A stretch of DNA of 64,000 nucleotides, from assembly GCA_036509255.1 (NCBI GenBank), contig DATCFY010000058.1:5988-69987 (forward strand), read 5' to 3'. The position numbers and the translations under genes were made by a program. Shown piece after piece: positions 35,658-45,444 of this stretch. Source of the stretch: Streptosporangiaceae bacterium (lineage in GTDB: Bacteria > Actinomycetota > Actinomycetes > Streptosporangiales > Streptosporangiaceae). Under the pieces are notes generated by a model. That model was not told the origin of the DNA, searched no databases, and worked only from the letters and a program-made list of their open reading frames with translations. Position 1 is the stretch's first letter, and the number at the start of each line of letters is the position of its first letter.

Positions 35658-36126
35658 GAACTGTCCCCCTTTGCACGTGAGTCCCCCGCTCAGCCAGCGC
35701 GGAACTCACGGCACGGGGGGATGCAGACGGTTCCTGACCTACCGAGCTTATGCGCGGCACCCCGGTGCCGCACGTCCGCTTGCCGCAGGTCAGCCCAGAT
35801 CCGGAGGTCGTCCGCGTCCCCCGCGCGGCGCGGCCGGGCCGATCCGGCTCGGCGCCCCGCGGCCGGGCGGCCCGATTACCCGCCCCCGGCAGCCGTACCT
35901 GACCTGGGGGCTTTACCGGGGCGTGGCAGTCGGCCGCCGGCCGCACCGGAGGCCGGGCTCCGGGGCCGCCCGGGGACCAGACGATCCGGCCACACTTTTC
36001 TCGCGGTGTCTCGCTCACTGAGATGGGCCGTGCTCTGCTACCGGGACGGGGCAGGACGGTCACGATCCGCCCAGGCCGGGGGCCGGCCCCCGGCCTCCAC
36101 TCCAGCCGGGCGCTACCGTCGGGGGG

Positions 36127-37125
36127 ATGACAGATCACGCGGTTGAAGTGCTGGTGATCGGGGCGGGCGTCGCCGGGCTGACGACCGCGGTGTGCCTGGC
36201 GGAAGCCGGGCTGGCCGTGATGATCCAGGCCGGACGGCTGCCGCAGCAGACCACGTCGGCCGTGGCCGGCGCGATCTGGGGACGGCACCTGGTCGAGGAC
36301 ACCGGCCGGGTGACGCGCTGGTGCACCGAGTCCCTGGACGTGCTCACTGCGCTGGCTGCCGACTCCGGCACCGGGATCCGGCTGCTCGGCGGGATCGACG
36401 CCGCGCGGGCCGCGTACCCCCGCCCGCACTGGGCCGCGCCCCTGCCCGACCTCAGGCCGTGCGACCCGGCGGACCTGCCGGCCGGGTTCGCGTCGGGCTG
36501 GCGGTACACCGCGCCGGTCGTGTCCATGCCCGCCTACCTGGACTACCTGGCCGGGCGGCTGCGCCGGGCGGGCGGTCAGCTCACGGCCGCACCGCTGGAG
36601 TCGCTGGCCCAGGCCGTCCGGCAGAGCGCCGCGCCGGTGATCGTGAACTGCACCGGGCCCGGGGCCCGCGATTTCGTGCCCGACCCGTCGGTGAGCGCGG
36701 TCCGCGGCCAGGTCGTCATCACCGAGAACCCGGGCCTGACCGAGTTCTTCATCGGCGGCGACGACGAGGCGCACGAGCTCACCTACATGTTCCCGCACGC
36801 CGGCCGGGTGGTGCTGGGCGGCACCGAGATCGCCGGCGACTGGTCACTGGACCCCCGGCCCGCGACCGCGCAGCGGATCCTGGCTGACTGCGCGGCCATC
36901 GACCCGCGGCTGCGCACGGCCCGGATCCTGGAGCACCGGGTGGGCCTGCGCCCGGTCCGGCCCCAGGTCCGGCTGGAGGCCGAGACCGCCAGCCCGGGTG
37001 AGGCCGCCGGCCGGCTGGTGGTGCACAACTACGGGCACGGAGGCGGCGGCGTGACCCTGTCCTGGGGGTGCGCCCGCGAAGCCGCGCGGCTCGTCACGTC
37101 GTTCCGCTGGCCGCGGCCCGGCTAA
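36127..37125 (+). CDS. FAD-dependent D-amino-acid oxidase-like oxidoreductase
   Basis: VLVIGAGVAGLTTAVCL dinucleotide fold and C-terminal HNYGHGGGGVTLSWGCA signature. Confidence 0.8.
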   Translation: MTDHAVEVLVIGAGVAGLTTAVCLAEAGLAVMIQAGRLPQQTTSAVAGAIWGRHLVEDTGRVTRWCTESLDVLTALAADSGTGIRLLGGIDAARAAYPRPHWAAPLPDLRPCDPADLPAGFASGWRYTAPVVSMPAYLDYLAGRLRRAGGQLTAAPLESLAQAVRQSAAPVIVNCTGPGARDFVPDPSVSAVRGQVVITENPGLTEFFIGGDDEAHELTYMFPHAGRVVLGGTEIAGDWSLDPRPATAQRILADCAAIDPRLRTARILEHRVGLRPVRPQVRLEAETASPGEAAGRLVVHNYGHGGGGVTLSWGCAREAARLVTSFRWPRPG

Positions 37126-37985
37126 CCGGGCGGGGCCAGGCTGTCCAGGATCGCCTGCTGCACCGGGGGCGGGGTCTCTCCCGGCGCGGCCCGCAGGGCG
37201 TACTGCCCGTGCAGCGCCACCGCGGGCTGGGCGATCATCCGCGGGAACCGGCCCCGGTGCGGCCAGGACGCGGCGTGGACCAGGAAGGGGTGGCACAGGA
37301 ACACGTCACCGGCCCGGCCGGTGGCCAGCGCGGTGGGCCGGTGCGCGCTGGCCCGGGCGGCCTGCTGGGCGGCGGGCAGCCATTCCATGCCGCTATCTCC
37401 CGCGGCGGCCAGGATCCGCGGGACGTCCCGGTGCGAGCCCGGCCGCAGCCGGGTCGGTGCGCCGTCCGGCTCCACGTCGGTGAGCAGGTAGAGCGCGAGG
37501 AGACCGCGGGCCCGTGAGCCCGCGCTGACCCGCCGCTGGCCGGCCTCCTCGTAGCTGGCCTCGATGTGCCAGCCCGCGTCCCCCGGGTCGGCCTCGCTGG
37601 GGAACCGCACCGGGATGGTGCCGCCCACGCCGTCCCGGCGCCACCAGCGGCCGGGGCCGATCAGCTGGTCACAGGCGTCCCGCAGCACCGACAGGGTGGC
37701 CGCCGCCGCGAACGGGCCGCCCTCGGGGCACGGGATCCGGACCACCGGGGCGGTCCACGTGGCCGGGTCGTCGCGCCGGGCCCCGTGGCCCTCCAGCTCA
37801 GCCCAGATCATGTCCTGGCACGCCGCGATGACCGGGCCGGGGATCGCGCCGCGGACGGCGACGTACCCGTCGGCCAGGAACCCCGCGATCTGGTCCCCGC
37901 TGAGCACGGCTTCAGGCTGCCACGCCCTCCGCCGCACCCGCCACTTCATATAACGGATTGACCGTGGCTCACCACATGGGTACAT
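37122..37985 (-). CDS. Phytanoyl-CoA dioxygenase (PhyH)-family protein
   Basis: FLADGYVAVRGAI and WHIEAS... are typical of the PhyH family. Alternative start at 37949. Confidence 0.7.
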   Translation of the reverse strand: MYPCGEPRSIRYMKWRVRRRAWQPEAVLSGDQIAGFLADGYVAVRGAIPGPVIAACQDMIWAELEGHGARRDDPATWTAPVVRIPCPEGGPFAAAATLSVLRDACDQLIGPGRWWRRDGVGGTIPVRFPSEADPGDAGWHIEASYEEAGQRRVSAGSRARGLLALYLLTDVEPDGAPTRLRPGSHRDVPRILAAAGDSGMEWLPAAQQAARASAHRPTALATGRAGDVFLCHPFLVHAASWPHRGRFPRMIAQPAVALHGQYALRAAPGETPPPVQQAILDSLAPPG

Positions 37986-38067
37986 TACTCAAGTAATGAA
38001 CCACTGAACCGAGCCACTAGCCAGCCACTACCCAGCCACCACCCAGCCAGCTCAACCAGGAGGTGCG

Positions 38068-38451
38068 GTGCCGGCTCTGGACGACGGGACGCCGCTGTTC
38101 GTGCAGATCGCCGAGCAGCTGGCCGACGACGTCGTCGACGGCGTGCTGCCCGAGGGTGCCCGGGTGCCGTCCACCAATGAGCTGGCCGCCTTCTACCGCA
38201 TCAACCCGGCCACTGCGGCGAAGGGGATCAACCTGCTGGTGGACGACGCGGTGCTGGAGAAGCGCCGCGGCATCGGGATGTTCGTCGCCGACGGCGCGCG
38301 GGAGCAGCTGCGGGCCAGCCGCCGCAAACGGTTCGCCGAGCAGTACCTCGACCCGATGCTCGCCGAGGCCGCCCGGCTGGGCATCGACACCGACACGCTG
38401 GTGTCCCTGATCCGGGACCCTAGCTGGCACAACGGAGGCAGCAGGCCATGA
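38068..38451 (+). CDS. GntR-family (YtrA-type) transcriptional regulator
   Basis: PLFVQIAEQLADDVVDGVLPEGARVPSTNELAAFYRINPATAAKGINLL. AGGAGG RBS before the GTG. Confidence 0.85.
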   Translation: MPALDDGTPLFVQIAEQLADDVVDGVLPEGARVPSTNELAAFYRINPATAAKGINLLVDDAVLEKRRGIGMFVADGAREQLRASRRKRFAEQYLDPMLAEAARLGIDTDTLVSLIRDPSWHNGGSRP

Positions 38452-39335
38452 TCCCGACGATCTCCGCGACGGCGCTGAGCCGCCGCTACCGCGATCAGAT
38501 CGCGCTCGACGATGTCTCGCTCACGGTCGAACCGGGCACCGTGACCGGCCTGCTGGGCCGCAACGGCGCGGGCAAGACCACGCTGATGCGCATTATCACC
38601 GGCCAGGAGTTCCCCAGCTCCGGTGACATCCGGGTGCTCGGGCAGGCCCCGGCGGAGAACGACGACGTGCTGCGCCGCATGGTGTTCGTGCGCGAGGAAC
38701 AGGCCTATCCGGACCTCCGGGTGGAGCACGCGATCCGGGTGGCCTCGTGGTTCTACCCCAACTGGAGCGAGGACCTGGCCCAGCAGCTGCTGTCGGACTT
38801 CACCCTCCCGCTGAAACGGCGCATCAAGCGGCTGTCGCGCGGGATGCGGTCCGCGGTCGGGATCGTCATCGGGCTGGCGGCCCGGGCCGAGCTGACCCTG
38901 TTCGACGAGCCCTACGCCGGCCTGGACGCGGTTGCGCGCCAGCTGTTCTACGACCGGCTGCTGGCCGAGTTCGCCGAGCACCCGCGGACCATCGTGCTGT
39001 CCACCCACCTCATCGACGAGGTGGCAGACCTGCTCGAGCACGTGGTCCTGCTCGACCGCGGGCGGGTGGTGCTGGACGCTCCCGCCGACGACGTCCGCGG
39101 CACCGGCATGACCGTGAGCGGGCCGGCCACAGCCGTGCAGGAATTCGTGGCCGGACGCACGGTCTGGCACCAGCAGCGGCTCGGCTCACGGGCCTCGGTC
39201 ACGATCGCCGACCCGCTCGACTTCGCCGCCCAGGCCCGCGCCCGCGCGCTGCACCTGAGCCTGGAACCCCTGTCCCTGCAGCAACTGCTGGTCCACGCGG
39301 CCGGCGCTTCCGCCGACGAGAAGGTGAGCGCATGA
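38448..39335 (+). CDS. ABC transporter ATP-binding protein
   Basis: Walker A GRNGAGKTTL, signature LSRGMRS and Walker B LTLFDEP. It overlaps the GntR stop. Confidence 0.9.
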   Translation: MIPTISATALSRRYRDQIALDDVSLTVEPGTVTGLLGRNGAGKTTLMRIITGQEFPSSGDIRVLGQAPAENDDVLRRMVFVREEQAYPDLRVEHAIRVASWFYPNWSEDLAQQLLSDFTLPLKRRIKRLSRGMRSAVGIVIGLAARAELTLFDEPYAGLDAVARQLFYDRLLAEFAEHPRTIVLSTHLIDEVADLLEHVVLLDRGRVVLDAPADDVRGTGMTVSGPATAVQEFVAGRTVWHQQRLGSRASVTIADPLDFAAQARARALHLSLEPLSLQQLLVHAAGASADEKVSA

Positions 39336-40021
39336 ACACGCTGGTGAAAGTGGCCCGCTACCACCTGGTCGACCGGATGACCTTCGTGGCCCTGCCGTGG
39401 GGCATCCTGGCGTTCAGCTTCCTGGTCAACGTGGTCGTCTCCCTGTCCGTGCCCACTGGGCCGCACGGGATCTACACCGGCGGGCTGGCGACGATCTACG
39501 TGTTCCTGCTCATCTCCGGGGCCATGATGATGACCAGGTCACTGCCGTTCGGACTGATGCTGGGGGTCAGCCGCCGCAGCTACTACGGCGGCACCGGCCT
39601 CCTCGTGGTGGTCCTGAGCGTGGTGTACGGCCTGGGGCTGACCCTGCTGCAGGCGGTCGAGCGCGCCACGAACGGGTGGGGAGTCTCGCTGCACTTCTTC
39701 CGGATCCCGTGGATCATGGATGGTCCGTGGTACCAGACCTGGCTGACCTCGTTCGTGCTGCTGGCCCTGTTCTTCCTGTACGGCATCTGGTCCGGGCTGG
39801 TGTTCCGGCGCTGGAACGTGACCGGCCTGGTCGCGTTCATCGCCGCTCAGATGCTCGTGGCGCTGCTGGCCGTGGTCGCCGTGTCGTCGGCCCACCAGTG
39901 GCACGCGGTCGGGCATTTCTTCACCACGGTGACCGCGCTGGCGCTGACCGGCGCGCTGGCCGTGCTGGCCGCAGCCATGGGACTAGGCGGGCTCAGCACC
40001 ATCCGCCGGGTTACCGTCTGA
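39332..40021 (+). CDS. ABC-2-type membrane component
   Basis: ATGA overlap with the ATPase gene. Six hydrophobic segments. It uses an internal start of the 424-aa ORF. Confidence 0.7.
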   Translation: MNTLVKVARYHLVDRMTFVALPWGILAFSFLVNVVVSLSVPTGPHGIYTGGLATIYVFLLISGAMMMTRSLPFGLMLGVSRRSYYGGTGLLVVVLSVVYGLGLTLLQAVERATNGWGVSLHFFRIPWIMDGPWYQTWLTSFVLLALFFLYGIWSGLVFRRWNVTGLVAFIAAQMLVALLAVVAVSSAHQWHAVGHFFTTVTALALTGALAVLAAAMGLGGLSTIRRVTV

Positions 40022-40052
40022 CCCGGCGACCCGGCGCCCCGGCGGCCGGGAA

Positions 40053-40844
40053 CTAGAAGCCGGGGAACACCGCGCGCAGCCGGTCCAGCTCGATCCCCTC
40101 GGCCGAGTAGTCCGGCGTGTGCTCCGGGTCGAGCCGGCCGTAGAACAGCCGCAGCAGCGCCTCCGCCGGCAGCCGGATCTCCCCGTCCGCTGCTGAGTCG
40201 CTGGAAGCCGGGCTGTCCTCCCACGGCGACAAGGTCACCGACTCGCCCACGTCGAGCAGGTAGTCACCCTCGGGATCAGTGGTGCGCAGCCGGACCCGGA
40301 AGGAGTCGCCAGCCGGCTTCGCGACGAACTGGAACAGCTGGGTGACCTGCTCCATGACCGGCAGGATCGCGTCCTGGGCCACGGTCGCGCCCGGGTCGAT
40401 GCTCACCGCCACATCCCAGACGTGCATGGCGTGCTCGCTGAGGCGCAGCCGGACCAGCCCGGCCGCGTCCAGCTGGCGGCCGAAGAAGTCGAGCCGGATG
40501 GAGGACAGCTCGTCGTCGCTGAGCGCCTCGAGCCGGCTGACGTGCTCGGCGTCCCAGGTCAGGGCGTCGGCGGCCTGCATCTCCAGGCTGCGGTTGTTCC
40601 ACGTGTCCCAGATCGCCGGGAACGCGCTCTGGTCCAGCTGCCCGCGGCCGCCTAGCGCGGCGGCCAGGCTGAGGGTCGCGATCTCGGCGCCGCTGCCGAG
40701 GTGGGAGAGAACCTGGGCGATGGTCCAGTCCGTGTCGTAGGACTGGGCGCGCAGGTGGTCCGGGGCCAGCGGCCGCACCAGCCCGTCCAGCCGGTCGTGC
40801 GAATTGCGCAGCACGCCGATGAGCGCGCGGGGGTCGGAGGTCAT
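40053..40844 (-). CDS. Mycothiol-dependent maleylpyruvate isomerase N-terminal domain (DinB-like) family protein
   Basis: SHDRLDGLVRPL...WTIAQVLSHLGSGAEI signature. Confidence 0.75.
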   Translation of the reverse strand: MTSDPRALIGVLRNSHDRLDGLVRPLAPDHLRAQSYDTDWTIAQVLSHLGSGAEIATLSLAAALGGRGQLDQSAFPAIWDTWNNRSLEMQAADALTWDAEHVSRLEALSDDELSSIRLDFFGRQLDAAGLVRLRLSEHAMHVWDVAVSIDPGATVAQDAILPVMEQVTQLFQFVAKPAGDSFRVRLRTTDPEGDYLLDVGESVTLSPWEDSPASSDSAADGEIRLPAEALLRLFYGRLDPEHTPDYSAEGIELDRLRAVFPGF

Positions 40845-40963
40845 TGGCTAGCTCCCCTGCAGGATGGGCCCTACCGGACGGGACAGCTTACCGAGCGCCC
40901 CGCGGGCCGGCCGGACCGGGCCACGGGCTCCCCGCCGCAGCCCGCGATGTCTAGGCTGGCGGA

Positions 40964-41899
40964 ATGAAGATAGGTTTCGGTGCCCCGGTGTCGGGGGTCT
41001 GGGCGACCCCGGAGAATCTCGCCTCGTTCGCGGCCAGCGCGGAAGCCGCCGGCTACGCCTCACTCTGGACGTTCCAGCGGCTGATGGTGCCCGAAGGCTC
41101 GGCCATGGACCCCGTGTACCACAGCGTGCTCGACCCGATGGTGGCGCTCGGCTACCTGGCCGCGGTGACCCAGCGGATCCGGCTCGGCGTCGCGGTGGTG
41201 AACATGCCCTACCTCGCCCCGGGGTACCTGGCCAAGATGGCCGCCTCCGCGGACGTGCTCTCCCGCGGCCGGCTTGAGCTGGGCCTGGGCATCGGCTGGC
41301 TGCCGGAGGAGTTCACCGTGGCGGGCGCCGTCATGGCCCGCCGGGGGGTGCGCACCGGCGAGTACATCGAGGTCATGCGCCGGATCTGGGCCGAGGGCCC
41401 GGCCGAGTTCCACGGCCGGGACTACGACGTGCCCGCGGGCTGGTTCGCGCCCAGGCCGGTGCAGCGGCCCGGGCCGCCGATCCTGCTCGGCGGGATCGCG
41501 CGGGCGGCGCTGGAGCGGGCCGGGCGGCTGGCGGACGGCTGGGTCACGTCCAGCCGGACCGACCTGTCCCGGATCAGCGAGGGGATCAGCGTGGTCCGGT
41601 CGGCGGCCGAGGAAGCCGGCCGTGACCCGGACTCGATCCGGATCGTCTGCCGCGGCGTGCTCCGCGCGGGCCAGCCGCAGACCGTGCCCGAAGGCGGCGG
41701 CCGGGTGCTGCTGACCGGCAGCTACGCCGACATCCGCGGCGACGTGGCGTGGCTCGCCGAACGCGGGGTGACTGAGGTCTTCTACGACCTGAACTGGGAT
41801 CCGCTGATCGGGGCGCCTGACGCGGACCCGGTGGGCGCGGTGGCCCGGGCCGAGGAGATCCTCACCGAGCTCGCCCCCGGCGGCCAGCCGGAGGCGTGA
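40964..41899 (+). CDS. LLM-class, probably F420-dependent, oxidoreductase
   Basis: KIGFGAPVSG...AEAAGYASLWTFQRL...GRLELGLGIGW are typical of the family. Confidence 0.8.
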   Translation: MKIGFGAPVSGVWATPENLASFAASAEAAGYASLWTFQRLMVPEGSAMDPVYHSVLDPMVALGYLAAVTQRIRLGVAVVNMPYLAPGYLAKMAASADVLSRGRLELGLGIGWLPEEFTVAGAVMARRGVRTGEYIEVMRRIWAEGPAEFHGRDYDVPAGWFAPRPVQRPGPPILLGGIARAALERAGRLADGWVTSSRTDLSRISEGISVVRSAAEEAGRDPDSIRIVCRGVLRAGQPQTVPEGGGRVLLTGSYADIRGDVAWLAERGVTEVFYDLNWDPLIGAPDADPVGAVARAEEILTELAPGGQPEA

Positions 41900-41909
41900 C
41901 GGCCTACCA

Positions 41910-41973
41910 GCCACTCTGGGCCGCGGTCCGGCTAGCGGTCGGCCACTCTGGGCCGCGTTCCGGCTAGCGGTCG
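41910..41973. repeat. 32-bp tandem duplication (1 mismatch) spanning the LuxR stop codon
   Basis: GCCACTCTGGGCCGCGGTCCGGCTAGCGGTCG at 41910-41941 repeats at 41942-41973. Confidence 0.8.
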
Positions 41974-44900
41974 GCCGGGGCCAGCCCGGCGGCCGCGGCC
42001 ATGGCCGCGGCCTCGCCCCGGCTGGACGCGCCCAGCTTGCCGAGGATGTTGGACACGTGCACGCTGGCTGTCTTGGGCGCGATGAACAGCGCGGCGGCGA
42101 TCTCCCGGTTGCTGCGCCCGGCCACCAGCAGCCGCAGCACCTCGCGTTCCCGGCCGGTCAGCCCGGCCAGGACGTCGGCCGGACCGCCGCCCGCTCCCGT
42201 TTCGCGCTGACCGCTCCCCGGCTGGCCAGTCCCGCCCGCGCCGTTGCTGGCTGGCCGGGCGAGCCGGGCCCGCCGCCCGAGATCGCGGAGCGCGGACGCC
42301 AGCGGTGCCGCGCCCAGCTGGTCCGCCACGGCCATCGCGAGCGACCACTCCCGCTCTGCCTCGGGCCGCCGTCCTGCCCCGGCCAGCGCCTCCGCGAGCC
42401 GCCAGCGGGACCGGGCCGTCTCGTAGCTGAACGCCGGGCCGAACTCGGTGACCACCGCCTCCCAGGCCTGCGGTTCGTTACGGCCCTGGACGCGGGCCCA
42501 TTCCGCCTCTGCCCGGGCCAGCCAGCCGCGGCCGTCCACGCCCAGCACGAACTTAGGCCTGCGCGGGAAGGCCGCGCCTTCCCGCGCAGCATCGATGAGC
42601 ACCCGGGCCGCCGCTTCCTCGGCCTCGGCGGCCTCGTTGTCCCCGGCGGCCCTGGCCTGCCGGGCCTGCTCGCCGCGGGCGGCCAGGCCCACGGCCGCCA
42701 CCCGGATCGCGGGTGGCCCGTAACTGCCGTCCACATCCAGCTCAGCCAGGGTGGCGGCCACCTCGGCCAGGGTGGTCGCCGTGTCGCCGCGCCACAGGGC
42801 GTGCTCGGCCAGCAGGCCGCGGGCAATGTAGGCGCCGAAGCTGTCGCCCGGCCAGAACGGTTCCAGCCAGGCCCGGCGCTCCGCGACCTTCGGGCTGCCC
42901 CGGGCCACGTCCAGGAACAGGGCCATCGCCGAGAGCCGGGCCTCGGCCACCGTGGTCACCCGGACTCCGAAGCTGTCCGCCAGCTCCTGCGCGTGCTCCC
43001 AGCAGCCGTCCGCGTAGTGCGCCAGGTAGTGCAGGTACTGCAGGTCGAGCCCGTAGGGGGCCAGGCCCAGACCGGCCGCCTCCGCCCGGCCCTGGCCCTG
43101 GTGCGCGGTTTCGGCCGCCCCGGCCAGGTCACCGCTCTCCAGCTGGGACCGGGCCATCTGGAAAGCCGCCCGGAGCTCGATCCCGAGCATGGAATGAGCC
43201 TGGGCTTCCCGGTAGGCCTGGGTGAACAGGTCGAGGGCCGTCGCGGGCTCGCCCTGGCGCTCGGCCAGCAGGCCCAGGGTCACCAGCGCGTCCGCCTCCA
43301 CCCAGGGGGCGGCCGCGGCCCGGGCCGCCGTCCGGGCCTGCTGCGCCCGGCGTTCGGCCGCCTCCTCGTCGCCGGTGTACATCAGCGTCTGGGCGTGGGT
43401 GGCCAGGGCCCGGGCACGTTCCGGGCGCGGCGGGTCGGCCGGGAGCAGCTGCACCGCCGCCCGCCCGGCCGCCTCCGCGTCGCCGGCCGCTTCGAGTTCG
43501 AGCAGGTAGTAGGCGAGGCGTTCGTGCACCCGGCTGGCCAGTACCGGGTCGGTATCCTCACGCAGGAAACCCCGGATGCGGCGCAGCTGCTGCACGGCGC
43601 GGGCGATTTCGCCGCTGGACGCGGCACAGTTCGCGGAGCAGAAGCCCAGGTGATTGCGGTCCTGCCCGGCCAGCCGCTCCGGCTCGCTGACCCGCTCCCA
43701 CAGTGCGAGCGCGGCGTCGTAGTGCCGGTGCGCCTCGGCCGGGGCGGCCAGCCGCTCGGACTCCCGCCCGGCCTGCACCGACGCGGCGAAGGCTCCCGCG
43801 ATGTCGTGGCTGGCCAGGCAGTGGTGGGCCAGCTCCGCGGCGGACCCCGGCACGGCGGCGAGCCGGCCCGGGTCGGCCAGCAGCTCGGCGAACCGGGCGT
43901 GCAGCCGGGTCCGCTCCCCCGGAAGCAGGTCGGTGTAGAGCGCCTCCCGGATCAGGGCGTGCCGGAACATGTAGCCATCCGCGCCGCCCGGGACCAGCAG
44001 CTGCTGGGCCACGCACTCCCGGATCGCGTCCTCATACTCCGGCTCGGCCAGCCCGGACGCGGCCCGGACGATGTCGTCCTCGACCCGGCGGCCGCCAACC
44101 GCGGCGGCCCGGAGCACCTGCTGGGCCGGGCCGGGCAGCCGCTCCACCCGGGCCAGCAGCAGCGCGGCCAGCCCGCTGGGCAGCACGTCCCCGCCCAGGG
44201 CTCCCCCGCCGCCCGCTGGCCCGCCGCCGCGGGGCCGCCCCGGCACCACGGCGGCCAGCAGTTCCTCCGCGTAGTAGGGGTTGCCCTCGGCCCGGGCCAC
44301 CATCCGGTGCAGGATGGCCGGATCCAGCGGGCCCTCGGCCAGCGCGGTCAGGTGATCGGCCATGTCCGCGTAGTCCAGCGGCCCCAGCTCGATCGAGGCC
44401 ACGCTGGGCAGCCGCAGCAGCTCCGCCACCACCGGCCGGAGCGGGTGACGGCGGTGCAGGTCGTCGGTGCGGTAGGTGGCCACCACGGCGACCCGCTCCC
44501 GGTGCAGCACCCGGCTCAGGAAGGTGATCAGGTCGCGGGTGGACCGGTCGGCCCAGTGGAGGTCCTCGAGAATCAGCAGCACCGGATGCCCGTCGGCCAG
44601 CTCGGCGAGCAGCCCGAGGACCGCACCGAACAGCTGCTGCTGGGCGAGGACCGAGACCTCCCCGCCCGGCGGCGCCACCACGTCCCGGTCCGGCAGCAGA
44701 CGGCCCAGGACCGGGCGGGCGGCGAGTGCGGCCGCGAGCGGTTCCGTTGCGGCGCCTGCAGTAGTCGTGCCTTCCCGCAGCGCGTCGGCGAGCGGCAGGT
44801 AAGGAATGCTGTCGCCCAGTTCCGCGCACCGCCCGGACAGAACCAGGAAGCCGCGGCCCGCGGCCCGGGTCGCGAGCTCGGCGACCAGCCGGGTCTTCCC

Positions 44901-45026
44901 TACGCCCGCATCGCCGCTGATCAGCGCGTGCGACGGGCGGCCGTCGCTGGCGTCGTCGAGCAGGCCGAGCAGGCGATTCAGCTCACCGTCCCTGCCGACC
45001 AGCCGTCCGCTCGACGCCTTCAGCAT
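41964..45026 (-). CDS. LAL-type (large ATP-binding) LuxR-family transcriptional regulator
   Basis: N-terminal Walker A GDAGVGKTRL, a central TPR-like region, and a C-terminal LuxR HTH (LTGREREVLRLLVAGRSNREIAAALFIAPKTASVHVSNILGKLG). Confidence 0.9.
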   Translation of the reverse strand: MLKASSGRLVGRDGELNRLLGLLDDASDGRPSHALISGDAGVGKTRLVAELATRAAGRGFLVLSGRCAELGDSIPYLPLADALREGTTTAGAATEPLAAALAARPVLGRLLPDRDVVAPPGGEVSVLAQQQLFGAVLGLLAELADGHPVLLILEDLHWADRSTRDLITFLSRVLHRERVAVVATYRTDDLHRRHPLRPVVAELLRLPSVASIELGPLDYADMADHLTALAEGPLDPAILHRMVARAEGNPYYAEELLAAVVPGRPRGGGPAGGGGALGGDVLPSGLAALLLARVERLPGPAQQVLRAAAVGGRRVEDDIVRAASGLAEPEYEDAIRECVAQQLLVPGGADGYMFRHALIREALYTDLLPGERTRLHARFAELLADPGRLAAVPGSAAELAHHCLASHDIAGAFAASVQAGRESERLAAPAEAHRHYDAALALWERVSEPERLAGQDRNHLGFCSANCAASSGEIARAVQQLRRIRGFLREDTDPVLASRVHERLAYYLLELEAAGDAEAAGRAAVQLLPADPPRPERARALATHAQTLMYTGDEEAAERRAQQARTAARAAAAPWVEADALVTLGLLAERQGEPATALDLFTQAYREAQAHSMLGIELRAAFQMARSQLESGDLAGAAETAHQGQGRAEAAGLGLAPYGLDLQYLHYLAHYADGCWEHAQELADSFGVRVTTVAEARLSAMALFLDVARGSPKVAERRAWLEPFWPGDSFGAYIARGLLAEHALWRGDTATTLAEVAATLAELDVDGSYGPPAIRVAAVGLAARGEQARQARAAGDNEAAEAEEAAARVLIDAAREGAAFPRRPKFVLGVDGRGWLARAEAEWARVQGRNEPQAWEAVVTEFGPAFSYETARSRWRLAEALAGAGRRPEAEREWSLAMAVADQLGAAPLASALRDLGRRARLARPASNGAGGTGQPGSGQRETGAGGGPADVLAGLTGREREVLRLLVAGRSNREIAAALFIAPKTASVHVSNILGKLGASSRGEAAAMAAAAGLAPADR

Positions 45027-45061
45027 TCCCTAAGTATCCCAGTAACCGCCGGCTTCATCGC

Positions 45062-45106
45062 GGACCGAGCAGCAGTTGCTGCCGTTTTGTGGTTTTTGCT
45101 CGGTCC
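45062..45106 (+). other. Mutually exclusive hairpins with a U-rich tract (terminator/attenuator-like)
   Basis: Outer stem GGACCGAGCA / TGCTCGGTCC (10 bp). Inner stem GCAGCA-GT-TGCTGC overlaps the outer arm and is followed by CGTTTTGTGGTTTTT. Confidence 0.35.
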
Positions 45107-45444
45107 CGGGTGCGCCACGCGAACGCGGGCCGGCCGGTCGCTCCGCCGGCCGCCCGGGCCCCGGGACGACGCCGGGCGGGGGCCGCGAGTCACCCCTGTT
45201 TGCGCAGGTCCAGGTCGGATCGCTGGCGGCAGCTATACTCGCGCCTGGTGAATCGCTGAGTGTCCGCTGACCCACGACCCGCGGGGCCGCCCGCGCCGAC
45301 TGGATCACCCCGCGCCCCCCTGATTCTTTCGCGGTCCCCCTCGCCCGGCTGCAGAGCTACCACGGCGCCACGTACCGCCCGGCCCTGACCCGCGGGCCGA
45401 AACCTCATCGCGGTCACGCCGCGGCATGCGCTACCCTGGCCGCC

